64,000 bases of DNA from Bacteroidota bacterium. Its GTDB lineage: Bacteria; Bacteroidota; Bacteroidia; Flavobacteriales; Flavobacteriaceae. The notes under the pieces were generated by a model. The model was not told the origin of the DNA. It did not search any database and worked only from the letters and a program-made list of their open reading frames with translations. Shown one piece after another: positions 7,754-17,095 of the stretch; position 1 is the first letter of the stretch, and every line of letters begins with the position of its first letter. The DNA is taken from positions 10,624 to 74,623 of the forward strand of contig JBEHYS010000014.1 in assembly GCA_048498055.1 (NCBI GenBank), read 5' to 3'. Position numbers and translations under genes: made by a program.

Positions 7754-9889
7754 ATGAAAAACGCATCTGCGATATATTGTCTTTGTGTTATTTTTGCGGC
7801 TTCCTGCACTAAAAAAACCGACCAGAACATGGCTCAGAACATTCCCGCGCCGGTGGCGAAAAAAATCCCTAAAATCCTTGAAAAACACGGCGACAAACGC
7901 ATCGATAATTACTACTGGCTCAACGACCGCGACAATCCCGAAGTGATCGATTACCTCAAACAGGAGAACGCCTACTACAAGAAAAAAACGGCCCACACCA
8001 AAAATTTTCAAAAAGAATTATTCGAGGAAATGAAAGGCCGGATCAAGGAAGACGATGCGTCGGTGCCGTATTTCTACAACGGCTATTTTTATATTACGCG
8101 GTACGAAAAAGGTAAGGATTACCCGATTTACAGCCGCAAAAAAGGAAGTTTGTCCGCTCCGGAAGAAATACTTTTCAACTGCAACGAACTCGCGAAAGGA
8201 CATGCGTATTTTCAATTAAGCGGAATGAACATCAGCGAAGACAACAAGTTTGCGAGTTTCGGTACGGACACGGTCGGGCGGCGGATTTTTACGATCAAAA
8301 TCAAGAACCTCGAAACCGGGGAAATCCTGCCCGATGCCATCGAAAACACCAATGCTTACGCAGTTTGGGGCAGCGACAATGAGACATTGTTCTATACGCA
8401 CCAGGACAAGGTGACGCTGCGCTCCGATAAAGTCTACAAGCACAAACGCGGCAGCAACGTCTCGAAAGACGTCCTGGTTTACCACGAAAAAGACGATACG
8501 TTCAACGTTGGCGTCAACAAGAGTAAATCGCACAAATACCTGATGATCGAGTCCGAAAGCACGCTGACTTCCGAAGTCCGGATTCTCGAATCCGACAATC
8601 CGGACGGAAAATTCAGGGTGTTCCAGAAACGCAAACGCGGGCTCGAATACCACGTTTCGCATTTTGAGGACAATTTCTACATCATGACCAACAAGGACAA
8701 GGCGACGAACTTCAAGATCATGAAAACGCCTGAAAATGCAACGTCTGCGGAGAATTGGAAGGATTTGCTCCCGCATCGCGACGACGTGCTTGTGGAAGAT
8801 ATGGAAATTACCCGGAATTATCTTGCCGTGGGCGAACGCTCGAACGGGCTGAACAAGATACGCATCATTCCCTGGAAAGGAAAAGGCGACTATTACCTGC
8901 CGTTCAAAAGCGAAACTTACACGGCCTACATGACGGCCAACATCGAATTCGATACCGACATTTTGCGTTACAGTTATCAATCGCTGACCACGCCGCCGTC
9001 AGTGATCGATTTCAATATGAAAACCAGACAAAAGACGGTCCTGAAGGAGCAGGAAGTGCTCGGCGGCAAATTCGACAAAGACAATTACAAGGAAGAACGG
9101 ATTTGGGCGACGGCAAAAGACGGAACGAAAATCCCGATTTCGCTGGTTTATCGCAAAGGGATGAAAAAAAACGGAAAAAACCCGCTGCTGCAATACGCTT
9201 ACGGCTCGTATGGTTATTCGATGGATCCGGCGTTTTCTTCGACCCGGCTGTCGCTGCTCGATCGCGGTTTTATTTTTGCGATCGCGCACATACGCGGCGG
9301 CGAGGATCTGGGCCGCAACTGGTACGAAGACGGAAAACTGCTCAAAAAGAAAAACACGTTCACTGATTTCATCGATTGCTCGAAATACCTGATCGGACAA
9401 AAATACACTGCGCCGGAACATTTGTATGCCGAAGGCGGTTCGGCCGGCGGATTGCTCATGGGCGCCGTGGTAAATATGGCGCCGGAACTTTACAACGGCG
9501 TAATCGCGCAGGTTCCGTTCGTGGATGTGATCACGACGATGCTCGACGATACAATTCCGCTCACCACAGGCGAATATGACGAATGGGGCAATCCGAACAT
9601 CAAGAAATATTACGATTACATGTTGTCGTATTCGCCATACGATAACGTGGCCGCGCACGATTATCCGAATATGTATGTTTCGACCGGATTGCACGATTCG
9701 CAGGTGCAATATTGGGAACCTGCAAAATGGGTAGCGAAACTGCGTGCAATAAAAACGGGCAACCAACTGTTATTCCTTGATACTAATATGGATGCGGGTC
9801 ACGGAGGCGCATCGGGAAGGTTTGAAGCGCTGAAAGAGCTCGCCAGGGAATTCAGTTTTTTTTTCGATTTAGAAGGAATTAAGAATTGA
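7754..9889 (+). CDS. ptrB: Oligopeptidase B (S9A) with a lipoprotein-type signal peptide
   Basis: GGSAGG nucleophile, DSQVQYWEPAKW and AGHGG motifs. Start at ATG 7754 gives MKNASAIYCLCVIFAASC. Confidence 0.93.
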   Translation: MKNASAIYCLCVIFAASCTKKTDQNMAQNIPAPVAKKIPKILEKHGDKRIDNYYWLNDRDNPEVIDYLKQENAYYKKKTAHTKNFQKELFEEMKGRIKEDDASVPYFYNGYFYITRYEKGKDYPIYSRKKGSLSAPEEILFNCNELAKGHAYFQLSGMNISEDNKFASFGTDTVGRRIFTIKIKNLETGEILPDAIENTNAYAVWGSDNETLFYTHQDKVTLRSDKVYKHKRGSNVSKDVLVYHEKDDTFNVGVNKSKSHKYLMIESESTLTSEVRILESDNPDGKFRVFQKRKRGLEYHVSHFEDNFYIMTNKDKATNFKIMKTPENATSAENWKDLLPHRDDVLVEDMEITRNYLAVGERSNGLNKIRIIPWKGKGDYYLPFKSETYTAYMTANIEFDTDILRYSYQSLTTPPSVIDFNMKTRQKTVLKEQEVLGGKFDKDNYKEERIWATAKDGTKIPISLVYRKGMKKNGKNPLLQYAYGSYGYSMDPAFSSTRLSLLDRGFIFAIAHIRGGEDLGRNWYEDGKLLKKKNTFTDFIDCSKYLIGQKYTAPEHLYAEGGSAGGLLMGAVVNMAPELYNGVIAQVPFVDVITTMLDDTIPLTTGEYDEWGNPNIKKYYDYMLSYSPYDNVAAHDYPNMYVSTGLHDSQVQYWEPAKWVAKLRAIKTGNQLLFLDTNMDAGHGGASGRFEALKELAREFSFFFDLEGIKN

Positions 9890-9970
9890 TTAGAATATTT
9901 TTTTCTTAAATTTGCAAGGATTTGAGGTTTGCCACCAGTTGGTAAGTTCGCCTTGATTAACTATTTTTTT

Positions 9971-11011
9971 ATGAAAGAAGAAATAAAAGCTTACAATAGT
10001 GTCCTGGAGTTAATAGGCAATACGCCACTAATAAAGCTTAATAAGGTTACCGAAAATTTAGACGGTAATTTCTACGCAAAAGTAGAGGCTTTCAATCCCG
10101 GACATTCTACTAAAGACAGGATTGCCCTGTACATAATAGAGGAAGCTGAAAAAAGAGGGATACTTTCACCGGGCGATACCATCATCGAAACCACTTCAGG
10201 AAATACCGGTTTCAGCCTCGCGATGGTCAGCATCATCAAAGGATACAACTGCATCCTTGCCGTAAGCTCAAAATCTTCAGAAGACAAAATAGACATGTTG
10301 CGCAGCATGGGAGCCAAAGTATACGTTTGCCCGGCGCACGTATCGGCCGACGACGAACGATCGTACTACAATGTGGCGAAAAGGCTGCATGAAGACATCA
10401 AGGGTTCGGTTTACATCAACCAATATTTCAACCAGCTCAACATCGACGCGCATTATAAAACGACCGGACCGGAAATCTGGAAGCAGACCAACGGGAAAAT
10501 CACGCATTTGGTTGCCTGCAGCGGAACCGGCGGAACTATTTCGGGTGCGGCGAAATTCCTCAAGGAACAAAATCCGCAAATCAAAATTTTAGGTGTAGAC
10601 GCGTTCGGATCGGTATTGAAAAAATACCACGAAACCAAAGAATTCGATACCGACGAGATTTATCCGTACCGCATCGAAGGCCTTGGCAAAAACCTGATTC
10701 CGTCGGCGACCGATTTCGACCTGATCGACAAATTCATCAAAGTTACCGATGAGGAAAGCGCGCACGCCACACGCGATATCGCCAAACTCGAAGGCCTGTT
10801 CGTAGGCTATACTTCGGGTGCGGTTTTGCAGGCGATCAAGCAATATGCGGAAGAAGGCGAATTCGATGCCAACAGCAACGTCGTCGCAATTTTTCCCGAT
10901 CACGGCTCGCGCTACATGAGCAAGGTATTCAGCGACGAATGGATGAACGAACAGGGCTTTTTCGACAGTAACAAGACGGAGGAAGCGCAGCGTATCGAGT
11001 TCATTAAGTAA
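9971..11011 (+). CDS. PLP-dependent cysteine synthase / cystathionine beta-synthase family protein
   Basis: Motifs [27 protein letters not shown] and PDHGSRY; TAAATTTG box at 9907-9914. Confidence 0.9.
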   Translation: MKEEIKAYNSVLELIGNTPLIKLNKVTENLDGNFYAKVEAFNPGHSTKDRIALYIIEEAEKRGILSPGDTIIETTSGNTGFSLAMVSIIKGYNCILAVSSKSSEDKIDMLRSMGAKVYVCPAHVSADDERSYYNVAKRLHEDIKGSVYINQYFNQLNIDAHYKTTGPEIWKQTNGKITHLVACSGTGGTISGAAKFLKEQNPQIKILGVDAFGSVLKKYHETKEFDTDEIYPYRIEGLGKNLIPSATDFDLIDKFIKVTDEESAHATRDIAKLEGLFVGYTSGAVLQAIKQYAEEGEFDANSNVVAIFPDHGSRYMSKVFSDEWMNEQGFFDSNKTEEAQRIEFIK

Positions 11012-11051
11012 TGAATAATTAATAGTGAAATAATTAATAATTAATAATGAA
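11009..11051 (+). repeat. Degenerate heptamer array (TAATGAA/TAATTAA)x6
   Basis: TAATGAA TAATTAA TAGTGAA A TAATTAA TAATTAA TAATGAA, starting at the stop codon. Confidence 0.85.
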
Positions 11052-11120
11052 GCTTCGGGAAAACCGGAGCTTTTTTGTTTAAATCCAGCAATAAAAAACT
11101 CTGCTATGAAAGCAGAGTCT
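11050..11120. terminator. Two terminators between convergent genes
   Basis: AAGCTTCGG/CCGGAGCTT with a T run on the + strand, and ACTCTGCT/AGCAGAGT with a T run on the - strand. Confidence 0.75.
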
Positions 11121-11145
11121 TAATTCAGCGCCATACCCAATTACT

Positions 11146-11172
11146 AATTATTCATTATTAACTATTAATTGA
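11146..11172 (-). repeat. 27-bp AT-rich motif directly after the yebC stop; near-identical copy at 28921-28947
   Basis: aattattcattattaactattaattga versus aattattcattattaattattaattga (26/27 identical). Confidence 0.9.
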
Positions 11173-11883
11173 TTACTCCTGCATCGTATGATAAACGTTC
11201 TGAACGTCATCGTCTTCCTCGATTTTCTCGAGTAGTTTCTCGACATCGGCAACCTGTTCCTCGGTAAGCTCTTTCGTGACCTGCGGAATCCGCTCGAATC
11301 CCGACGACAGGATTTCGAATTTCCGGCTTTCCAATTCCTTCTGGATCGCGCCGAAGCTCTCGAACGGCGCATAGATCAGAATGCCGTCTTCATCCTCAAA
11401 AACTTCCTCGACACCAAAATCGATCAGTTCCAACTCGAGCTCTTCCAGATCAATCGAACCTTTCGCGATGCGGAAATTGCAAATGTGGTCGAACATGAAT
11501 TCCACCGAGCCCTGCGTGCCCATGCTGCCGTTGCATTTGTTGAAATAGCTGCGAATGTTCGCGACCGTGCGGTTGTTGTTGTCGGTTGCGGTTTCGATCA
11601 GAATCGCGATTCCGTGCGGTGCATAACCTTCAAACAAGACTTCCTTATAATTGGCCGTATCCTTATCGGTCGCTTTTTTGATCGCGCGCTCGACGTTTTC
11701 CTTCGGCATGTTGGCCGATTTCGCGTTCTGGATCACCGCGCGCAGCCTCGAATTCGCTTCCGGGTTCGGTCCGCCTTCCTTGACGGCCATCACGATATCT
11801 TTCCCGATCCGGGTAAATGCCTTGGCCATCGCCGACCAGCGTTTCATTTTTCTTCCTTTCCTGAATTCAAATGCTCTTCCCAT
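11173..11883 (-). CDS. yebC: YebC/PmpR family protein
   Basis: Motifs MGRAFEFRK, GGPNPEANSRLR, EGYAPHG and EDDDVQNVYH. Confidence 0.95.
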   Translation of the reverse strand: MGRAFEFRKGRKMKRWSAMAKAFTRIGKDIVMAVKEGGPNPEANSRLRAVIQNAKSANMPKENVERAIKKATDKDTANYKEVLFEGYAPHGIAILIETATDNNNRTVANIRSYFNKCNGSMGTQGSVEFMFDHICNFRIAKGSIDLEELELELIDFGVEEVFEDEDGILIYAPFESFGAIQKELESRKFEILSSGFERIPQVTKELTEEQVADVEKLLEKIEEDDDVQNVYHTMQE

Positions 11884-11936
11884 TCCAAATTGTATTAATG
11901 CAGCGCAAAATTAGTGTTTTCTGTTGTTTCGTCCAA

Positions 11937-13964
11937 TCAATTTTTCAGGCAATCGCCGATGATGTTTACGGCTTCCTCGAGATACGGATTGCCTTGCACG
12001 TCTTTTATCTGATCTTCATTGATTTCCTTGAGCAATTTGTCTTTCCGTATTCTTTTGGCTTCAAACGAAGTGTTGCTTACCTTACAGCTCGTCGGTTTCG
12101 TATTTTCCTTTTTGATCGCTTTCCACAGGTTATTGATTTTCCTGATTTTGTCGAAGACATCCGTAAAATTAAGGCTCAGCGGCGGCATGTCGCCATTGTA
12201 CAATTCGTTGATCTCGTCATTGAGGCTGTCGATTTCCTTAAAATGGACATTTTCCTTGACTCTTTGCCGGCTTTGGGCAATGACGTTCGAAAAATCGTAG
12301 TCGTATTTCTTGAAATGAGCGGTGGTCTCGATGAAATCATGAGCCAACGCGGTTTTGAAACTCCGTTCGCGCGGCATGATGCTGTCGTATAGGACCGGCA
12401 TGAAGATATCGGGTACGACGCCTTTGATCTGGCTGCTTTCGCCCGTAATCCTGTAAAATTTCTGGATCGTTACCTTGACGAATTCCTGCTGTTTTTCGTC
12501 GAGCGGCTGGATGACCTGAATCGATGCCTTTCCTAACGATGTCGCCCCGACAACCAAAGCCCGGTTGTAATCCTGGAGCGCCGCCGTAAAGAATTCGCTT
12601 GCCGAAGCCGACGCGCCGTTGATCAGCACCACGACCGGACCGCTGTAGACCATTCCGCGCTCTGTGTCTCGCATGACGATTTTCTTATTGTCCTTATCGA
12701 CGGAAATCGAGATCGGCCCGTTGTCTATGAACATTCCGGCCAGCTTGATCGCTTCCTCCATCGATCCGCCGCCGTTGTCCTGTAGGTCTATGACAATGCC
12801 TTCGACGCCGTCTTTCCTGAGTTTGGCGATTTCCTTCGCCACATCATCTGCGCAGCCATTATTGCTGAATCCGTCGAAATCCGAATAAAAACTCGGGATC
12901 CGGATATAACCCACGCGCGCGTTTTTTTCTACGATGAAGCTCGTTACGCTGTTCTCGCTGGCGCGCATGACGCGTTTGCGGAGCAGTACGTCGAGCAGCG
13001 AGCCGTCTTTTTTTCGTACGGTAATCTTGATTTCGCGGTTCGCATCCGAAAAGATGATGTCGCCGATGGTTTCCAGCGGTGTGCACGACACGAGATATTC
13101 CGCGCCGTTCTTATCGGTTACCTTGACGATGATATCCTCTTTCTCGAATTTATGGCTTTCGTCGGCCGGTCCGCCGGGAATAATTTCCTCCACGACGATT
13201 TCCTCGTTTTCGTTCATCCCGAGTTCGAGTCCCAGCGACGGATTGTTGGTTGAGAGCGCCGACATGAAGCTCATTTTCGCGTCGAGAAAAAAGTATTCCG
13301 AATGCGGGTCGAAATACGTACAGAAGATGTTGAGGAAATTATTTTGCATCTCGTTTTCAAACCCGTCGGTGCTGTGCAGGATGTTGTCTATTTTGCAGAG
13401 GTTGTTCTGAAAAATCTTGGCCGATGCCGTTTTTTCAAGTTCGGCGAAATGCATTTTGAGCGAATCGGCCTTGCCGCCGGTTTTCGAGATTTCCTCGAGG
13501 ATTTCAAATCGGATGCGTTTTTTCCAGACGCGCTCGAAATCGGATTCCACAAGGTCGAACGGGAAATTGTCGCGGCTGAACCGGATGCTGTCCTTTCCCG
13601 AATAATCGAGCGTTTCGGATTGGATTTTAAGTATCGTGTTTTTCTTCCGCTCCAGCGCCTTTCGGTACAACCCGATGAAATCGTCCATAAACGAGCAGTC
13701 GTTTTTCAGGATGTCGTCGTCTAAAGTCAGCCGATGTTTGCAGAGGTTTTGATATTCGTCTTTTGTAAACAGGTTGCGGTTTTCGTCGAGCAGATCAACG
13801 TAGGAATCAAAAACAAAAACCGACAGGCTGTCGTCTATCGGTTTGGGCTTGAAATGTTCGCGACGCATCAAGTTGTCAATTTTCCCGAGCAACTCGCAGG
13901 TCTTGTCATTGGTCTGGCCGAAAGAAAGCAAAGGAAGTACGCAAATTAAAAAAAGCAATTTCAT
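11937..13964 (-). CDS. prc: Carboxy-terminal processing (tail-specific) protease, S41A, with PDZ domain
   Basis: Motifs DPHSEY, DLQDNGGGS, SASASE and GKASIQ; signal peptide. Confidence 0.9.
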   Translation of the reverse strand: MKLLFLICVLPLLSFGQTNDKTCELLGKIDNLMRREHFKPKPIDDSLSVFVFDSYVDLLDENRNLFTKDEYQNLCKHRLTLDDDILKNDCSFMDDFIGLYRKALERKKNTILKIQSETLDYSGKDSIRFSRDNFPFDLVESDFERVWKKRIRFEILEEISKTGGKADSLKMHFAELEKTASAKIFQNNLCKIDNILHSTDGFENEMQNNFLNIFCTYFDPHSEYFFLDAKMSFMSALSTNNPSLGLELGMNENEEIVVEEIIPGGPADESHKFEKEDIIVKVTDKNGAEYLVSCTPLETIGDIIFSDANREIKITVRKKDGSLLDVLLRKRVMRASENSVTSFIVEKNARVGYIRIPSFYSDFDGFSNNGCADDVAKEIAKLRKDGVEGIVIDLQDNGGGSMEEAIKLAGMFIDNGPISISVDKDNKKIVMRDTERGMVYSGPVVVLINGASASASEFFTAALQDYNRALVVGATSLGKASIQVIQPLDEKQQEFVKVTIQKFYRITGESSQIKGVVPDIFMPVLYDSIMPRERSFKTALAHDFIETTAHFKKYDYDFSNVIAQSRQRVKENVHFKEIDSLNDEINELYNGDMPPLSLNFTDVFDKIRKINNLWKAIKKENTKPTSCKVSNTSFEAKRIRKDKLLKEINEDQIKDVQGNPYLEEAVNIIGDCLKN

Positions 13965-13982
13965 AACCCTGGGTATTGGCGT

Positions 13983-14192
13983 TTATTTTTTCCGGGAAAA
14001 CAGTCTTTTCCAGAAATGCCTGTCGCTGTAATAGGCGGCAAGGCAAAAAACGATGAAGAGGACAATCCGGCCGGTAATGACGCCGTAATTGTATTCAAGC
14101 TGATTTTGCGTGATGAAAAGAAAATTCCTCATCAGCATGATGAGGTAATAACCCGCAAGAAGCGAAAAGAGTATAAGGGCAATTTTTTTCAA
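13983..14192 (-). CDS. Small hypothetical membrane protein (69 aa, two hydrophobic segments)
   Basis: TTG start, MKKIALILF, two TM-like stretches and a basic C-terminus; fills the gap between prc and the Bor-like gene. Confidence 0.55.
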   Translation of the reverse strand: MKKIALILFSLLAGYYLIMLMRNFLFITQNQLEYNYGVITGRIVLFIVFCLAAYYSDRHFWKRLFSRKK

Positions 14193-14239
14193 TGTGACAA
14201 AAAATTAAATCCGGGATTTTAGCCCCGGATTCTGATGAT

Positions 14240-14533
14240 TTACTTGGTGACAATTGTTGTTGTCGGGCTGTAAATGCCAAAAGTAATGACCGAAAGCAAT
14301 CCGTTTACAAACGAGTGTTTTACAGTCACGTTGTAATCGCTTGCACCGCCGGCCATAGCTTTCGAGTCGGAAACTCCTACAGGAATCAGGCCGTCAATCA
14401 GGTAGTGATTCCATTTTTTTACCTCGGTGTTTCCTTTTGCGCCGTTTCCTACGACACTGGTGTAAGTGTAGCATGAGGTCAGCATCATTGCAGCCGAAAA
14501 AGCAACGACTGTCATTTTGATAATTCTGTTCAT
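14240..14533 (-). CDS. Bor/Iss-family small lipoprotein
   Basis: Lipobox MLTSC; C-terminal SFVNGLLSVITFGIYSPTT resembles the Bor family; terminator hairpin AATCCGGG/CCCGGATT at about 14206-14231. Confidence 0.7.
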   Translation of the reverse strand: MNRIIKMTVVAFSAAMMLTSCYTYTSVVGNGAKGNTEVKKWNHYLIDGLIPVGVSDSKAMAGGASDYNVTVKHSFVNGLLSVITFGIYSPTTTIVTK

Positions 14534-14596
14534 AAAAATTAAATTGGTTATCCGCCAAAAATAACATAATATACGGATTGTGAAAGCCCCACGCGA

Positions 14597-15679
14597 TTAT
14601 TTTTTGTAAAAAGGCAACTTGACGACTTTTGCAGGCACGTCGTTCTTGCGGATACGGATGTAAATGTCGCTGTCCAAAGCGCTGTTCGCAGCACTAACGT
14701 AACCCAATCCGATCCCTTTGTTCATCGACGGCGACATCGTTCCCGAAGTTACGATTCCGATATTGTTTCCGTTTGCGTCGACAATTTCGTAATCGTGGCG
14801 CGGCACGGCGCGTTCCTGCATTTCGAAAGCGACGAGTTTCCGTTTAACGCCTTCTTCTTTTTGTTTTTTCAGATTTTCGCAGTTTGTAAAATCTTTCGTG
14901 AATTTCGTGATCCAGCCCAATCCGGCTTCCAATGGCGAAGTCGTGTCGTTGATGTCGTTTCCGTAAAGGCAGAAGCCCATTTCCAAACGCAGCGTATCGC
15001 GCGCGGCCAGTCCGATGGGTTTGATTCCAAATGATTTTCCCGCTTCGAATACTTTGTTCCAGATTTGTTCGACCTGGTCGTTCTTGCAATAAATCTCGAA
15101 TCCGCCCGAACCCGTATAACCTGTAGCCGAGATGATGATATCATCAAACCCGGCAAAATCGCCAATAGCAAAATGGTAGTACGGAATCGCGGCCAGATCA
15201 AGAGAAGACAACGGTTGCATCGCCTCTACGGCTTTCGGCCCTTGGATTGCCAATAATGAATATTCGTCCGACCTGTTTTCCATCGTCACGCCCAGATTGT
15301 TGTGCTTCGAAATCCAGTCCCAATCCTTGTCGATGTTGGAAGCGTTCACAACGAGCATGTATTTTTCCTCATCCATTTTATACACGATCAGATCATCGAC
15401 GATTCCGCCTTCGTTGTTCGGCAAACACGAATACTGCGCTTTTCCGACGGTTAAAACCGATGCGTCGTTCGAGGTCACTTTCTGGATCAGATTTAGCGCT
15501 TTCGGCCCGCTCAAAAAGAATTCGCCCATATGCGACACATCGAAAACACCGACGCCGTTGCGGACGGTTTCGTGTTCGGCATTTACGCCTTCGTATTGGA
15601 TCGGCATATTATAGCCTGCAAACGGCAGCATTTTCGCGCCCAGGCTTTCGTGGATGTGTTTCAGTTGTACGTCTTTCAT
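14597..15679 (-). CDS. gcvT: Glycine cleavage system aminomethyltransferase T
   Basis: Motifs [25 protein letters not shown] and [11 protein letters not shown]. Confidence 0.97.
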   Translation of the reverse strand: MKDVQLKHIHESLGAKMLPFAGYNMPIQYEGVNAEHETVRNGVGVFDVSHMGEFFLSGPKALNLIQKVTSNDASVLTVGKAQYSCLPNNEGGIVDDLIVYKMDEEKYMLVVNASNIDKDWDWISKHNNLGVTMENRSDEYSLLAIQGPKAVEAMQPLSSLDLAAIPYYHFAIGDFAGFDDIIISATGYTGSGGFEIYCKNDQVEQIWNKVFEAGKSFGIKPIGLAARDTLRLEMGFCLYGNDINDTTSPLEAGLGWITKFTKDFTNCENLKKQKEEGVKRKLVAFEMQERAVPRHDYEIVDANGNNIGIVTSGTMSPSMNKGIGLGYVSAANSALDSDIYIRIRKNDVPAKVVKLPFYKK

Positions 15680-16152
15680 ATTGTTTTTTTAACGGCCTAA
15701 TGCTGTCGCTAGATTAGTTTAATGTTAGTTTATAAGATCGAGTGCAATCGCTGCTCTCGTTCCCTCGGGTTGCTTTTTGTGGCGCTAATTTATTGCTTTT
15801 TTGTGGAGTGGCAAAGAGAAAACGACTGAGAAGCTGCTTGCCTGAGTGCTTTGGATTTTGGCGCTGTTAGCGTTTACCGGCTCGCAAAAAGCTAATCGCA
15901 TTTTGCTCGCCCCGTCCGCTGGCTCCGGTTACTTGCCGCTGCAACTTTGGTTGCACGTGACAGCTTGTTGCAGGTTTTCTAATAATAAATGCGGTTTTCC
16001 CGCATTGGCATTTGCTTCTTTTTTTGTTGGGAAATCATCGGCCCTTTCCCCAAAGGGAACTTACGAAACCAAAAACTACCGGCCGTGCGGAAATCCCATC
16101 CCATTTGTTAATTTGCCCAACTGTATTTTTAAAATGCCTAACTTTAATCGAT

Positions 16153-16992
16153 ATGAAAATCACCAAAGCACAAATCTTCAAACGGCTCAAGCCCGTCGAT
16201 GAAAAATCGCATAAAGGAACGCTCGGGCATGCGCTCATCATCGGCGGCAGTCACGGAAAAATCGGCGCGGTCTGCTTGTCGGCCAAAGCTGCGCTCAAAA
16301 CCGGATGCGGATTGGTTACGGCATTTCTCCCCGAATGCGGTTATCCGATTATCCAGACTTTCATTCCCGAAGTTATGGCCATCACCGACGACAACGAACG
16401 GCACATTTCCCAAATAGTCTTTGATATCGAACCGCAAGCCATTGCAATCGGGCCGGGAATGGGGCAGGAGCCGGCCACGCAAAAGGCTTTTCACGAATTT
16501 CTCAAGCATAACCAATTGCCGCTTGTGCTTGATGCCGATGCGCTGAACATTCTGTCAAAGAACAAAACCTGGCTGAAACTGGTTCCGGGAAATTCGATAT
16601 TTACGCCGCATCCGAAAGAGTTTGAACGGTTGATCGGCAAATCGAAATCGGAAGCGCAAAAAATTGAATCGGCACAAAAATTCTCAAAAGAATACAAAGC
16701 CATTGTTGTTCTCAAAGGCGCGCCGACGCTCGTCGTAGATGGGGAAAAAGTTTACGAAAACACTACCGGAAATGCCGCGCTTGCGACAGCCGGAAGCGGC
16801 GATGTCCTGACGGGAATGATCGCAAGTTTAATGGCGCAATCGTACACCGCTGCTGACGCGGCTGTAATTGCGGTTTACCTGCACGGTGTGACTGCCGACA
16901 TCGCGTTGCCGAACATCGGGATGCAATCGTTTATCGCGTCGGACATCATTGAAAATATCGGGAAAGCATATCTGGAGTTGCAAAAAAAATAA
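16153..16992 (+). CDS. nnrD: ADP-dependent NAD(P)H-hydrate dehydratase (stand-alone YjeF-C domain)
   Basis: Motifs SHKGTLG, IGPGMG, LDADAL, TPHPKEF and ATAGSGDVL; start at ATG 16153; no epimerase domain. Confidence 0.9.
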   Translation: MKITKAQIFKRLKPVDEKSHKGTLGHALIIGGSHGKIGAVCLSAKAALKTGCGLVTAFLPECGYPIIQTFIPEVMAITDDNERHISQIVFDIEPQAIAIGPGMGQEPATQKAFHEFLKHNQLPLVLDADALNILSKNKTWLKLVPGNSIFTPHPKEFERLIGKSKSEAQKIESAQKFSKEYKAIVVLKGAPTLVVDGEKVYENTTGNAALATAGSGDVLTGMIASLMAQSYTAADAAVIAVYLHGVTADIALPNIGMQSFIASDIIENIGKAYLELQKK

Positions 16993-17095
16993 TTCGTTGC
17001 TTGGTCCGATACTAAAATTTTTCTGATTAAAAACTTCGTCGTTTTGTTGCTTATTCGTCCGTATTTGCGGAATTTTGGGGCACAAATCAAAAGAC

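Noticed and set aside
15690-16050. Glycine riboswitch upstream of gcvT
   Set aside because: Only a CTCAGGCAA fragment matches; the GGAGA and CCGAAG elements and the tandem aptamer layout are not recognisable. Needs cmscan to exclude fully.
15846-16202. 118-aa ORF in the gcvT-nnrD spacer, and the upstream extension of nnrD to 16012
   Set aside because: No recognisable domain and not a remnant of the NnrE epimerase; they overlap structured non-coding DNA.
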